Positions 35,901 to 49,482 of a stretch of 64,000 nucleotides of DNA are shown piece by piece. Position 1 is the stretch's first letter; every line of letters starts with the position of its first letter. The translations under genes and the position numbers were made by a program. Origin of the DNA: Asterias rubens (lineage: Eukaryota); contig NC_047076.1 in assembly GCF_902459465.1 (NCBI RefSeq), positions 8,370,001 through 8,434,000 on the forward strand, given 5' to 3'. The notes under the pieces are model-generated. The model searched no databases. It was not told the DNA's origin and saw only the letters and a program-made list of their open reading frames with translations.

Positions 35901-37844
35901 GTTCCAAAGCAGTTACCAGGCTGGTTTTCCTTGGTTTGGGTTAAACAAATGATAGATTTACAAATTGTCCTCTGTAGCCAAAAATAGATCAGAACAATCA
36001 AAATGGAAACCTTTTAATAATTGAATAAAGTTCTGTCTTTTTTTCACACTTGAGTTATGCTCGGCTCGATACGTAGTAAACTGCTTGAACAGAGTCCCTT
36101 GTGATGTTCCACAGCCCATAGAAGATGTGTTAACAATAGATATCTCTTATCAAAGGAAATACTTTGATTTTATTCAATCCAACGCGGAGCAATAATTCAC
36201 ATGGCTAAATACAAAATGTATGCAATTCACATGGCTAATAAAACGTGTATGCAATCAATATATTTTCCCACTACCGTTCGGTCTGCATATAAACTGTCAC
36301 AAGTTTAGTTATTTCATGTTGTCTGCAATTTTTTTTAAAGAAGCTTCTTGAACTTACTATAATACATTTGAGCATTTGGCTATTGAAAACAAAAGGCTAT
36401 AAATGTAGAACTTGGAAACAATAATTTTTAGCCGGATTTGATTTGTTGCATTATTTGAAATCAATGTGTTTTCAGGTCTTACTCCGGGGGGAAAAACGCC
36501 CATGCTCGGCACTGAATTGTGATGGGGAAAAGGAAGAAAACAAAACAACTGAACAAATACATGCAAGAAAAGCCAACATGCAGTGTTGCTCCAAGCACGA
36601 CTTAATATCAGTTTACTGTATGTTTTTGTCGCCATTGAACAAAAACTGCAAAAATAGCTGAGTTTGTGAAAATTAAACCCGAGAGGAAAAATCTAAGTAA
36701 AACTTAGACGCCAAAATATCATAATATAGACGTGTCTGGTGTCTGATATAAAAGATATCATATATGCATGGCGTTGTAATTCCTGTACCCTCGGTAGCTT
36801 TTTAGTCATAAGCTACTGGAAACGCGTTCACATTATGCGTGGGATCTACAATTATGGTACCATATGGTGGCATGCTTCTGCTGAAATTTATTCCGTGAAT
36901 AGCAAAATCCCTTCAGACAGACGCTAAATTGTAAAAAAAAAAATGCAATGAAATAAATATAATAATTATATAATAATTTACATTTATATATATACAAATA
37001 TAAAAATACAATATATAAATATAAGGTTCGTGTCATCAAAATGGAGATTACCGCTTGCATAAAACTTAGTTTGAACAAATTAATTATACATAAATTTGTA
37101 GTAAATGAATGCAGTCGCCCAGAATCATTATAATTGTTATCACGCACCTTTATGCTATTAAAAATTCACAAAGAAATAATTGTATTTAACAATTTCAAAC
37201 GCTTTTGGCATAGCGATTAAGTTGAATTTGCTCCCCAGTGTCGTTTTGTTTTGAGAGTTGAATTTAGCAAGGGAAAATATTTGCCTATATGGTGTAAAAT
37301 GTTTGCAGTCAACTATTACATCTTGCAATTTATAGGTTGCATGATTTCCGAGGTCTCTTATGACGAAACTTATGGAACAACCTCCTTGCCTTCACTGTAA
37401 ACATAAGATAAATTGTGCTCAAAGATTTAAAGTTGGAACTTCTCTTACGTTGCAGTAATTCCCACACAGTTGCAAAATCGTCTGCATAGAACTAAGATCA
37501 TTACTTCAATTTGCATCGGTTTTATAACACTGCTTTTGCATATTTGTTTGCAAAAAGAACAATTAATTTTGTATACCCAAACATTCAATTGTTGAATTTG
37601 TAATTTTTGTATACGCATTTTTCATTGTATAAGCTTTTGATCACTACACGAATTTAAAATTTCAACTGTTGACCTTACAACAGCGGGCCAATAATTGAAC
37701 ATTGCCACACGTGGCCCAGAAAATTTCAAATTGGTGAAGCTCTTATAAACGGTTATACCACATCTCGCTTCATGAAGAGGGTACGCCCACACCCTTTAAT
37801 AGCAAACTGTACACACAAGCAAGCCTGCTCGGAAGTGTATCCGC

Positions 37845-38543
37845 CTAAAGGCAAGGACACCTTTAGTAAATGTCAAAGGCCAGTATACTAACTTGTTTTA
37901 ACCCAACATGCTTAAAGGCAGTGGACACTTTTGGTAATTACTCAAAATAAATATTAGCATAAAACCTTACTTGGTGCTGAGTAATGGGGAGAGGTTGAGA
38001 GTATAAAACCTTGTGAGAATCGGCTTCCTCTGAAGTGCCATAGTTTTCGAGGAAGAAGTAATTTTCCACGAATTTGATTTCAAGACCTCAGATTTAGAAC
38101 TTGAGGTCTCGAAATCAACCAGCTAAATACACACAACTTCGTGTGACAACGGTGTTTTCTTCTTTCATTATTATCTCGCAACTTTGATGACCGATTGAGC
38201 TCAGATTTTCACAGGTTAGTTATTTTATGCATATGTTGAGATACACCAACTTTGAAGGCTAGTCTTTGACAATTACCAATAGTGTCCTCTGCCTTTAAAA
38301 TATCAAACCTGTGCAATTTTGGGCTCAACTATTGTTGCATTATTGTGTGTTTTCAGATTCATACTAAAATTGTTCAGCTGAAGTCTTTTATTACTTGAGG
38401 AGTGAAAAATTACCTCTTTCTCAGAAACAACTAATTCAGAATGAACCGTTTCTTACTACAACAGCTTTCTATATTGTTCGTTACCGAGTAAGTTTTTTGC
38501 TAACAATTATTAAGTAGTTACTAATAGCGTCCAGTGCCTTCAA
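37845..38543 (+). mobile_element. Old family A-related MITE with a young reverse copy nested at 37912-38298
   Basis: Inner copy has TTAA TSDs and intact TIRs; the host reads continuously across the site (CAACATGC|TTAA|AATATCAAACC). Confidence 0.85.
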
Positions 38544-40788
38544 ACATTAAAAATCGCGGTGTGGGAGTTCTAGTTCAAGGGGTAAAACAACATATTGTTC
38601 TTATTGATCGAAAAAAAAATTAATCTAATCACAACTATTCCCAGTATAAAAGCGGACATGCCTTGGTTCCTATTTACACAGCACGTCAATCATCATCGTC
38701 CCCCTTGCTGTACCGTCTCTAGTTACGTCAAGTTCAATTAATGGGCGAGCTATTTCATTTCGCAACCGCAGTGTGCTTCTACCCCCTTTTCCAATCAGAA
38801 CTATTTCCTGTGGGAAAGTAGGGCCTTATACTCTGTGGACCACAATCATGCTCTCGGTTCCCCCAAAAGTCCAATCTCGAAATGAAAAATCTGTCAGGGA
38901 AAATATGTCAACACCAAATATTTTGTTTAATTAAATTTTCATGATTATTCAGGAAGGAAAAGAGAATGTAGGTCTATGTAAATTTCTTTAACAGGAAGCA
39001 ACCATAGTATCCACTTTGATTTTAGTGAGCTTTCTTCCACGTCGGCGCGCCCCACTTTATGTAAATTTGCTTTCAAATCATGAATAATATGATGTGCCTA
39101 CCTTTTTCAATCAAAACAATTTCCTATGGGAAAACACTTCGTGGACAACAAAACTGTTTCCACAAATAAGGCTCTCAGTAAAAAAATCTAGAAATGAAAA
39201 AAAAATCAGGAAAAAATATGTCAACTCCAAACAGATTTCTCATTATGTTAATAAAGTGTTCATGAATATTCAGGTTGTAAATGTACAGAAACCGGAAAGC
39301 AGTCATGAAAGCCACTTCTAATTTAGTAGGCTGTTTGCCACACCCACATTATTTTCAATCATAAAATACAGATGAATTTCATCTGACAATATCAGTCGCA
39401 AAATGCTGTAATTATTTTCATGAAATCGAGTCTACAGATTTTGTACATGTGTTTGAATGTATTCATTATTAAATATCTTCAGATTTCTGAATTCTTAAGA
39501 GCAGACCATTTAAATAATGACTGTTCTGATAAATATTTTTAGGAATTAAAACTGCGTATGTGAAGAGCGTTCATACACGCGTTACAGAAACATAGCATTA
39601 TTAAAGCTAATTATGATTTGTCCATTCTATTGGAATATTCTTCCTGGATTTCGGAGAAAAGAGTCCTCTTTCCCAAGAAGCCAACGGGGATATCCAATGT
39701 TAATTCACACCAAATCGATTCAGTCTGACTTAAAAGGTTAAAGGTCAATGTTGAAAGTCACATATCCCAGAGATATTATCGTCTGCGTCAGTTCGCATAG
39801 ACTTTTACCACTGTCATCATCATCGTCTTGTTCCATGTGCTATTGCAATAGTAATTTAAATACAGACATCTAAAGGGACCTGACTATTTTATCTTATAGT
39901 CGGTTTGATTTCGTTGATTTGAATATGTCAATATTCATTATGTATAAACAAACATCTCAGCATTTATACCTAACATCAAATCAAATTCCTTCTACAAATT
40001 GAATTTAAATTAAATATTGCTTCATAATTATATAACTACAGCTCAAAATTGTTTGGTTGAAAGCAGCTTGATGTTTATTTTTTATTTTTGGATTTAGTTC
40101 TTCGGACAGTACAATAACTATTATAACAAGCAGAGGCAGTGCAGGGAACGGTAGAAATAAAAAGAAATGTCATCAAAAAGGATGTGCCTCCCAGACCTTG
40201 CTTGTAAAACGAGTAAACATTTTTATTTAGAAACAAACTGCATTTCCTTTAACTTCATCTTTCAAAATTGAACGCAGCTTTGGTAAGAAATGAAAGGCAT
40301 TTCCTTCAACTGCATCTTTCAAGATGCCCAGAAAAGCAATATCTTTTGTCTCCCCTCTCAATTCTTCAAGCAATTTCTAAGGACCCTCAGAGGATGTTAC
40401 TCGCCCCTCCCAGTCACAATAAACGACTCTCTTAAGTGATGTTCATTGCAGATGGTCTGGGTACTCTTTCCCCTAAAGAGCTACCTTCACAAGCACTCTC
40501 TAGACTTGAACCCTTTCCAAAGTGTGGAGTGATGAATTATTCATTGCTCTTACTGGACTACTATGAATAACATTTGTTGTAAAATATGGTAAAGTATTGC
40601 TTAATGAGAGCTTTAATTACCCGTGTTAAGGCAATGTGTTCGCATTGAACCCATGATCAGGTTTGACATATGAAGTTAAGACTATACTTATTACTTTATA
40701 GACCGTACTTTTTGTAACACAAAACACACTATCCACAGATTTACATTAAACATTTTTATACCGTTTGAAATGGTATAGAAAGCTGACC

Positions 40789-41173
40789 GTAAAGGCAGTG
40801 GACACTAGTGGTAATTGACAAAGACTAGCCTTCACTGTTGGTGTATCTCAACATATGCATAAAATAACAAACCTGTGAAAATTTGAGCTCAATCAGTCAT
40901 CGATGTTGCGAGATAATAATGAAAGAAAAAATACCCTTGTCACACGAAGTTGTGTGCGTTTAGATGGTTGATTTCGAGACCTCAAGTTCTAAACTTGAGG
41001 TCTCGAAATCAAATTCGTGGAAAATTACTTCTTTCTTGAAAACTATGGCACTTCAGAGGGAGCCATTTTCACAATGTTTTATACCATCAACCTCTCCCCA
41101 TTACTCGTCACCAAGAAAGGTTTTACGCTAATAATTATTTTAAGTAATTACCAATAGTGTCCACTGCCTTTAA
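40789..41173 (+). mobile_element. Family A MITE (young), nested in an older Kolobok-type element
   Basis: Shares diagnostic variants with 440-829. Flanks GAAAGCTGACC(GTAA) / TTAAAATATTTCTTGCTGAGGTGCTGTAG match the empty site near 15153-15195. Confidence 0.88.
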
Positions 41174-41642
41174 AATATTTCTTGCTGAGGTGCTGTAGTT
41201 TTAAAAAAACGTATCTTAAAAAATATCATTCCATATACAAAAATTAATGAAAAATATGAGCAAACCATATCTCTTTAAGAAGGAACACCCATGTTTGCAA
41301 TTGATTCAAAAATCCACCCACGTGCCGCAGCAATTAGACTTGCCATCTTAGTCTCCTCGCAGTAATTATTAACCATATAAAGTGTTAAAACATCAATAAT
41401 TCACCCAAGCTGTTTTAGTCAACCACACAGATGTTGCACACTCTATGCATTCCCAGTTTATGTTCGTTGGTGACTAAAAAAGGGTTTGAATTATTCACGA
41501 GATAAACTACCTGTCGTGGAACACGCGCAAAGTTGTGATAATATTCCGCTATATTTGGCCTCTTGGGCAGATTGATGTACATGGGCGGCCGAGACAAAAG
41601 GGCAATCTCTCAGTGCATGACGTCAGACTTTTCATGTGTGCC

Positions 41643-42029
41643 TATTTACGGATTCCTAATTCGCTATTATTTAAAATACATCGCCAGTTGTCGAGACCCT
41701 AATATGCAACCAAAATAATGCAATCTGATTTGTCGTATTGCAAAAAGATCCAGACGGTGCCCATTTACAGATTTCTAATTCGTCAGAGAAATTTGCCATT
41801 ATGTAAAATACATCGCCAGTTGTCGAGACCCTAATATGCAACCAAAATAATGCAATCTGATTTGTCGTATTGCAAAAAGTTACCAGACGGTGCCCATTTA
41901 CGGATTTCTAATTCGTCAGAGATATTCGCCATTATTATGTAAACTACATCGCTAGTTGTCGTGACCCTTGACCGCAACACAATTAATGCAATAATGATTT
42001 GTCGTATTGCAAAAAGTTACCAGACTATT
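41643..42029. repeat. ~131-137 bp tandem repeat, 3 copies
   Basis: TACATCGC(C/T)AGTTGTCG ... GATTTGTCGTATTGCAAAAAG..CCAGAC three times. Confidence 0.9.
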
Positions 42030-42437
42030 TTGCTCTGCTATCCTTTAGTCATTGAATTTATGTTAACATCGAACTCGAGCAAAAACCAGATGCCGTTGTA
42101 CAAGCGGCCTTATCACACACAACATTTTTATCTCGCTACAATCAAGTCTGCATGTTCCATTCAAATTTAGAATTAAAACCAGACGCTTTTGGTGCTTTGG
42201 AGGCATCTGGCGTCGGGAAAGACTTGCTCACCATTCAATATGACCGTAAAACTACGACTGATACCCAAGGCTATACTTACGGTAAATCGTATCACATCAG
42301 GGCAACATGCGTTAATCGTACACGATGATGAGTCCTCGACGTAATTTCATTTGGTTGGAGCGGAGCAGGGAGCGGGGTTTTAAAGAGACATAATCTTTGT
42401 TTGGGTTTATTGAAGATGAGACGTGGCAACCTAATCT

Positions 42438-42612
42438 AGGCCCAATTTCATAGAGCTGCTTAAGCAGAACATATTGCTTAAGAATTTTCTGCTAAGCAAA
42501 AATGAGCAGGACACCAGTCACAAATTGTACATGTGACATGGTAGTTTGGCTGCTATCGTATGTTCTGGTAAGCGTAATCTTGTTGTGCTTAGCTACTTTT
42601 TGTGCAGCTCTA
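42438..42612. mobile_element. Harbinger-like MITE (GGGCCAATTTCATA family), right end decayed
   Basis: GGCCCAATTTCATAGAGCTGCTTAAGC start; similar to 55656 and 59289. Confidence 0.7.
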
Positions 42613-43104
42613 TGCCTGCAGTAAACCAGTCTCATGTTGTGATTTTATATTGCTACATACAATGGTTTGTTATCACTTAAAATTCTAACCCATAAAACAG
42701 ACATATGTATTTCTTTGTTCAACTTATATAGACTACACGATCGAGTCCACAATTTCTTCGGATCGAAATTATTTAACCCCATCCCCTTGAAAATGTCATC
42801 TTATCTTAGCTATGCCGCGATGTTCTTATTTCAATATCTTTAGACGAAGCAGACAATAAATGACATCATCTTAGACTGAATGGTTTGACGAGAACCTCAA
42901 GCAATGATGAACCGATATAGGCCTAGTTCAAATGACGTCACAATCTCAGAAAACGCCCTAAAAACTGAGCATGAGGTCATACGGAAGATTTGTGATTGGT
43001 TGGGAGTTGTGCCTTGCTGCGTGTTAAAACGTGTCCACCTTGATTGCAGCTCGTCTCTCCATTCTCACCCGGTGCCCTTTATTTCTAGACTACCGAGGTC
43101 GCCC

Positions 43105-43385
43105 GGTAAAACCAAAATTAATATTCTTTATCCCCGATGCAAATTTATCATCTCTTATATCGTTGCGGTACTCGCTGCCAAAACATGGAACTCAAACTGC
43201 CTCTAGCTACCGGGCAACCTTGGTAGTCTAGTTGGTGAGACACTGCTCTAGAAACGCCAGGGTCGTGGGTTCGAATCCCACCCGAGTAACATGCCTATGA
43301 TATTTGTTCACAGGACTCGGGAAAGTACTGAGTATACAATGCTAACACACATCGGTGTATGATGGGTAAAAACCAAAATTAATAT
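43105..43385 (+). mobile_element. tRNA-derived SINE-like unit bounded by a direct repeat
   Basis: A box TAGTCTAGTTGG and B box GGGTTCGAATCCC; GGTAAAA(A)CCAAAATTAATAT on both sides. Confidence 0.65.
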
Positions 43386-44077
43386 AATGTGTTGATCTGT
43401 TGCTATAGTTTTATTTCAATTGTTGATAAAATGGCGGCCCAATGCAAGGGTCATCTCAATGGTCATCTCAATGATCTTTGATTGCAACATTTTGGGAGAA
43501 TGTGTCCGTGTAGCTGTGCAGTACGCATTTCAAGTGTTTACACACTTACCATAAGCCTATACTGTTTACGTTAATGCAATTAGTTGTCAATAACAACTGT
43601 CTGAAAATACGAAGACATAACGAGTTTGACATTTAGATTCAACGGTGTGTTTATTCTTGTATTATTTATACCGACTTTGTTATCTCTACCATTTAGGGCC
43701 AGTGTAACAAATAAATTGCGTTTCCCGTTCGGTTTCTAACCCCGAGTGATAATGTAAACACGGATCCTCTGGGGGAAAGTCGTGCATAAGAGATTTCACA
43801 ATTAAGTACCTTTGGTTGGTGTAGCAATGTAGTGTCGATAAGAAAACGAGTCGCCAATAGTGGTTTGCTGTAATGACTTCTTTCCACAGACGCGAAAACA
43901 TTTGCGTTTGGTAAATTAGAACGCAAGCACGAATTTACATGAATTTCAGACACGCGTGATTTAAATTAGACACAGTTTGAGTGAGAGTGAAGGGCACATT
44001 GCTCTACAAAATAATATACACTTCATATTAAGGGTATTGCATGTAGAAGCTGCGGTAAATTACACTGAGTATGTGTA

Positions 44078-44200
44078 GTGACGTCAACGTGATGTCATTT
44101 TCTAATGGCTCGATCGTTACTCATCAAAGGCTTGCGCCCTCTTGGCCATGCGGTGTGTGTTAAACTACATCAAGGGTGGGTGACGTCATAAATGTGACGT
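44078..44200. promoter_or_regulatory. Cluster of CRE-like sites
   Basis: Two TGACGTCA palindromes and one TGACGTCC within ~120 bp. May belong to a repeat. Confidence 0.3.
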
Positions 44201-45297
44201 CCCGGATATCCACTTCTCTGCTCACGCTATGCGTTTGTATGGGCCGCCAGTCAGCAGCATTTTTTAGTTTCGTTTTATAACGACATGTAGTAGGTCTGAT
44301 TCGACGTATTTAAGTATGAAATGCAGCGTATCTAAAGAGAAACTCATGCGCGGAGCCACATGAATCAACTTCTTCGGTGAATCAAAGATTTGAAGGTCCC
44401 CGTAATGATTATATGAGTTGGTTTGATTTGAAATAGTTTATTTAAAAACAAAGACTATCGCAGCATAAAGAATAGAAATAAAACACCCATATTAAAAAAC
44501 GAGATTTATTAAGGTTATACTATACGGTAATGTGTCCAAGATGGAGTCTGATCAGTTAACTCATTTAGTGGTGTGTTTTTTTTAGCCTAAGCTCAAAAGG
44601 TAAACTTTCAGCAGTAGAGAAATTGGTATTAGATATTGGTTTTCAAGAGGTTTCTCAAAATTGGTTTTGGTTGCTGCATGGGGAAAACGATACCATTGGT
44701 ATACAATACAATGGTCTGACACACTTTTCCCCCCGAAATTGTGGGTACAGGCTATCAATTTTAGGTGCACAATCTTGGGAAAGTAATGGGTTGCCGTCAG
44801 GTAAAGCCAAGTGCATATTGTAATGTAGACATGGGGTTATAATCCGACAAGACCAGTGAATAATTCAACTTATACAAACAACTCACAGTTTGATTTAGTT
44901 TGGTGCACCTATGTAAAGACAACGCTGCTCTACTGTGGTTCTATTTCGATGGGTTTATTAAACTATGGGCGTGGGTTTTGTAATGGTGGTGTTCTCATTA
45001 AAGGGCCCCTTTGAAGCCTCGTCTCTGGCTTCGGCTTCGGACTTGGTTTAGACTTTGGCTCCATCGCTAATTTTGTAAAAATGCACTTGTGATTTCATAC
45101 TACTTTTTCTATGGAGACCGATGTAACAAGACAGAAAACGGAACATTTAAAAAAAAAATTAAAAATAATAGTAGGAGAACTCTCAAGGTTGTGTGCACTC
45201 CACAAGGATGTTTCTTTGAACAAAGTCTGAGGGAGGTTCTCAACTACGGAGACAAAGGAAAGAACAAAATGTCTCCACAGGGATGCAATTTATTATT

Positions 45298-45481
45298 GTG
45301 TTAAAATTGACACCATCGGTGTTGTCACATTATATACAGCACACAATAAAATATCAAAATTTACACCGCGTGGTGTTAAATAAAACACTTATTTCTGCAC
45401 AAACAATTATTTTAACAAACACTGAGATGTTAGTTTTGATTCTCTTTTCTATGACAACACTCACGGTGTCAATTTTAACAC
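45298..45481. mobile_element. Short inverted-repeat element
   Basis: GTGTTAAAATTGACACC ... GGTGTCAATTTTAACAC, a perfect 17-bp inverted repeat. Confidence 0.6.
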
Positions 45482-46190
45482 CTGAGTTTTTGCAGCTTTT
45501 AATCCGGAAAAAAAACATAACACAAAGACCTTTTTACAACGGTCATCAGTGTTGGAAACTGCTTGCAAACGATCGCAGTAGAACTATTGAGACCTATAAA
45601 ATACATCCCTAGTTCCACCCCACATCATTGAATCCTATAAGGTCATCACTTAATGTCACTAGAGGAGCTATAGTTGCATTAGGGAGATGACTGATAAGCT
45701 GTTGCGAGTCTCTTCAGCGCCAGCTCCTCCAGGCATTGCTTAAAGGAAGTGTCAAGCTTTGAGAAGTCTGTAAAGACATCCACTCATGGTTGACGATGAT
45801 GCATACAGAACTGAGAATGCGTGAGCAAAACGCTGTATGCCATAGACCACGCGGAACACAACCAGGCCCATTTTCAATGTCAAGATTGCTTTTAGCAAAA
45901 TGTCACGCGGTAGTCGAATATAAGGAAAGACAGTCTGTAAAGACCAAAATCTACCGGGCAAGTAGACACAAACATGGTGTTACCGCAAACCAGGTATAAT
46001 ATACCCCACCATGCAATGCCTCAAATCCTATGGCAACATTTTAATGTCACTATGGTACACTAAAATTCTTGATTAAATACTTTCCCCATTCGTCTCCAAG
46101 AAACCATAAGAGGAGTCCTTACTTACGATTGCGGGCATCGTGTTGTATATTTTACTCTTTAAATATGTCACAGCGACATAGATGTGCATA

Positions 46191-46517
46191 TTTAACGTTG
46201 CCTTGGATTGGTCGAGTTGGTCCATGAAAAGCGTTTGAAACCGTTTGTAATAAAATGTTTAAAAAGTAGGATATAATGATCCACATAAACATGCTTCGAA
46301 TTTGCATGGTTTTCCATTGACTTTCCAAACGAACGCGGTCGGCCATGTTAATGAGTCAGAAACTTGACTCCTCAAAATGGCGTGCCGTGATAGTTTCGAG
46401 GCTTATTGTTGTGTGGATCGTTGTATTCTACTTTTAAAACATCTTTCTATCCATGCAACGGTTTCAGACACTTTTCATAGACCAACTCGCCCGATCCAAG
46501 GCAAAGTGTCCCTTTAA
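46191..46517. mobile_element. Kolobok-type MITE (TTGCCTTGGAT.GG.CGAGTTGGTC TIR)
   Basis: Inverted ends TTGCCTTGGATTGGTCGAGTTGGTC / GACCAACTCGCCCGATCCAAGGCAA; right end GTCCCTTTAA. Confidence 0.75.
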
Positions 46518-46936
46518 ACTTGTCCCAGCCAATCCACTTAAGTCCAGCAACCCCCTCGCCATGCATGATGCGACTGGCATCCAAACAGTCTCCAAAATAA
46601 TGGTCTGTTTTACATGGCTAATGGGATAGCCGTCAAGTGGATAGCCCGCTTAACATTCCTCATCATCTACACATCAATCGGGTCTGTATCTCCACAAATT
46701 TATGTTTGCAATTGAACCTTAAGAGGATGTATTCTGAATTTCACGCTCCAGATATCATTGCAGTCTATAAGCCTTCGACGGCACATGTAATAAGTCTCAC
46801 GGTGTACTAGAGAGTTGTAGATCATGGTACTTTTCGTATACAGTGCAGAATTTTTTTGGACTCTTCTAGTCTCTTCGAAAACCCTTTTCGAAAACATGAC
46901 TTTCGGGTTGGTTGCGGCTTAGGGACGCCCGCCTTT

Positions 46937-47313
46937 TTAAAGCCATTGGACACTTTCGGAAAACAGTGTTGTCCAAGGCCCATACTTCGTGTACCACAAC
47001 TTATATATAAAATAACAAACCTGTGAAAATTTAGGCTCAATCGGTCATCGGAGTCGGGAGAAAATAACGGGAAACCCGACCCTTGTTTCCCCACGTTTCG
47101 CCGTGTAATGACATGTGTTTAAAATAAATCCGTAATTCTCGCTATCGAGAATTGATATTGTTTTAATGTTTTCTCAAAAAGTAAAGCATTTCATGGAATA
47201 ATATTTCAAGATAAGTCTTTCACCATTACCTTCTGTAAACCCTGTAAATTATTTGTAAATCTGGGAACCTTTAATTTGTTTTTCTGTACCGAAAGTGTAT
47301 AATGGCTTTTTAA
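46937..47313 (+). mobile_element. Kolobok-type MITE family C
   Basis: TTAAAGCCATT..ACACTTTCGG ... CCGAAAGTGTATAATGGCTT; near-identical copy at 51841-52209. Confidence 0.9.
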
Positions 47314-47639
47314 TGGGAGAAAACAGAGGGTCGGCCTTTTTGTATGTCCCTCCTCAAAAGCCGTCGACGGCACATGTATTAAGTGTTGCAGTGTACTACA
47401 AGAGTAGATCATGGTACTTTTCGTTCGGTGCAATAACTTAAGGAATCTTCTTTAGTCTCATCGAAAACCCTTTCCGAAAATATGCGGCTTTAGGGTTAGA
47501 GGTGAACCCCACTAATTATGAGAAAACAGAGCGTCGGTCTTATTACTATTCTATAAGCTCTCAAATTATTCTATTCTAGACAGGTTTGAGAGCCCAAGAA
47601 AAGGGATACAGTGTAAACAGTTTGCCCCACTGTGACCGG

Positions 47640-47810
47640 GGGTGGATTTCACAAAGGTAGTCCTAACTTAGGACTAGTCCTAGGCAATGCAAAGAGATAG
47701 GACCAGTCCTAAGTTAGGATGAGTAACTGGTCCTAACTTAGGACTAGTCCTATCTCTTAGCATTGCCTGGGACTAGTCCTAAGTTAGGACTACCTTTGTG
47801 AAATCTACCC
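47640..47810. mobile_element. Almost fully palindromic 171-bp Harbinger-like MITE
   Basis: GGGT(G/A)GATTTCACAAAGGTAGTCCTAACTTAGGACTAGTCC.AGGCAATGC arms; flanks CGG / CTG. Confidence 0.85.
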
Positions 47811-49304
47811 CTGGGGGTTGTTGACTTCAAACTGGAGGTATTGTGGATGACATTTTTATGCCCTGAAATAAATGGTCCAATTAGCCGAGAGGTGTAGGAA
47901 CATTCTTCAATGCTCGGACGTTAGGAAAATGACACCTGTGGGTGTTTTTATTCGGAGTGAGAATAATTCGACGGGCCCCGGGACTCCAATATCAAATTAA
48001 GCAGAGGATAAAAGTTCGAGAGTCAATTAATAATTTCCACTTAAGGCCTGCTGTTGAGACTTCTATGTATTTTGCGTGTATTATTTAATATTTAGATTTT
48101 TTTTTAATATTAGCATTTTTATTCTACGAGGGCACCTTCATCCCCAATACCTTTGGTTTTGAAGCCCTGTATACCAAAAGAGCACGTTTTCAAATTAACT
48201 TATTGTGGAAGAGTAGGAGTAAACCCATGTGTGTCTGGTTCACAGCAAGCACCATTGCTTATACAGGCTTGCAGCTACAGTGATAAAGTTCACTTTTGAG
48301 GCATCTTTGGTTTTATCACTGCCAGAAATTTATAATAACGATAAAGTTTGCTCCAGTCGTTAAATTCACTGTTCTGCAGAAATACAAAAATCATGTAAAT
48401 TTGGGGAAGTGTCAAGATTGCATTTAAGGATGTTATGTCTAGGCGTACTTAAATTCAAATTAGGACAAAGGAAAAACGTCTGGGTAAAGCTTGAATAGTT
48501 TTTGGTATTAGACTATAACTTCAGTTCAGACAAATCAATCATTATTTTATGACAAGAGACTTAGTCCTTTAGATTGTAGTAATTAGGTGAGAAATTGGGT
48601 GGTGGTGATATATAGGTTGAAATATTAATTGGTTTTGTGGGCTTCTAATCCATCTGTTTTATTACAACGCATATAAATGATTGCCAACATGCGAACCGTC
48701 CAATTTGTTTTCCCATTATTGATCGTGAACACAAAAATACACAGCAAGTTTGAATGACTTTCCCGTACATTTCGAGAAAAAAAGTGTCGCTGTTCAACGA
48801 ACGTGTTTTTGAAGATACCATTGTCACCCAAATGGTTTTGTTTTCCCAACGGAAACTTCAGATCTCTTCTATCTCACATTAAACTCTTATTGCATTTTTC
48901 TCCCGATAGATTTTCACCCAAGGCAAGTGCCAACCTGGATGTACAAAACACAGTCGCTTCTGAAATGTGATATTGATAGTTTTTGCTTTTCAAAAAAGAC
49001 TAATAAGGGCAACTATAGAGCCAGGGTTTGGAAACTAAAAGCATTCATGAAGGCGTCAATTACGAAACGGAAAACTCTCATTGGTAATGTATCCAGTTTT
49101 TGCCTTTTCTTGAACCACACTTCAAGTACTAAAAGGCCACAAGAAAAGGAAATAATGTTGTCTGGGCCCGACCTTCCGCACAAACGATACATAGGAGACA
49201 AGAGATATGCCTACACTTCGATAGAAACGCTGGTGCAACACTACAGCGATCAATATGCCTGATTTTTTTTTTTTTTTTTCGATGTTTGGGTTGTCGGGTT
49301 GGCG

Positions 49305-49482
49305 TATGGCCCTTTTCCAAACCACGGCTTCGATTTTGGATTCGGCTTGAGGCTCCGATCTCTCGTCTGAAGCCTGAGCGCGTATACGCAAAGCACGCAC
49401 AATTTGTCAAATCGACCTGCGGGGCCGAGCTAACCTGAGCCGAATCCTTAAAGCCGAAGCCGTCGTTTCGAAAAGGGCCTAT
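49305..49482. mobile_element. TIR element (GGCCCTTTT..AAACCACGGCTTCG family)
   Basis: Inverted ends; homologous to 17919-18070. Confidence 0.8.

Noticed and set aside
39620-39836. Short minus frames (MEQDDDDS.., QTESIWCEL..)
   Set aside because: No recognisable domain and no consistent splice chain.
40380-40580. Possible CR1/L2 3' remnant
   Set aside because: Similarity too weak to support without a search.
42322-42346. TGATGAGTCCTCGACGTAA hammerhead-like string
   Set aside because: C3 is missing, GAAA is replaced by GTAA, and stems I and III are absent.
43215-43290. Intact tRNA gene
   Set aside because: A and B boxes are present, but acceptor and anticodon stems do not pair and it continues into repeat sequence; treated as a SINE head.
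45690-45999. GC-richer stretch with ~70-100 codon frames on both strands
   Set aside because: Interrupted by stops, no recognisable motif, no matching splice partners.
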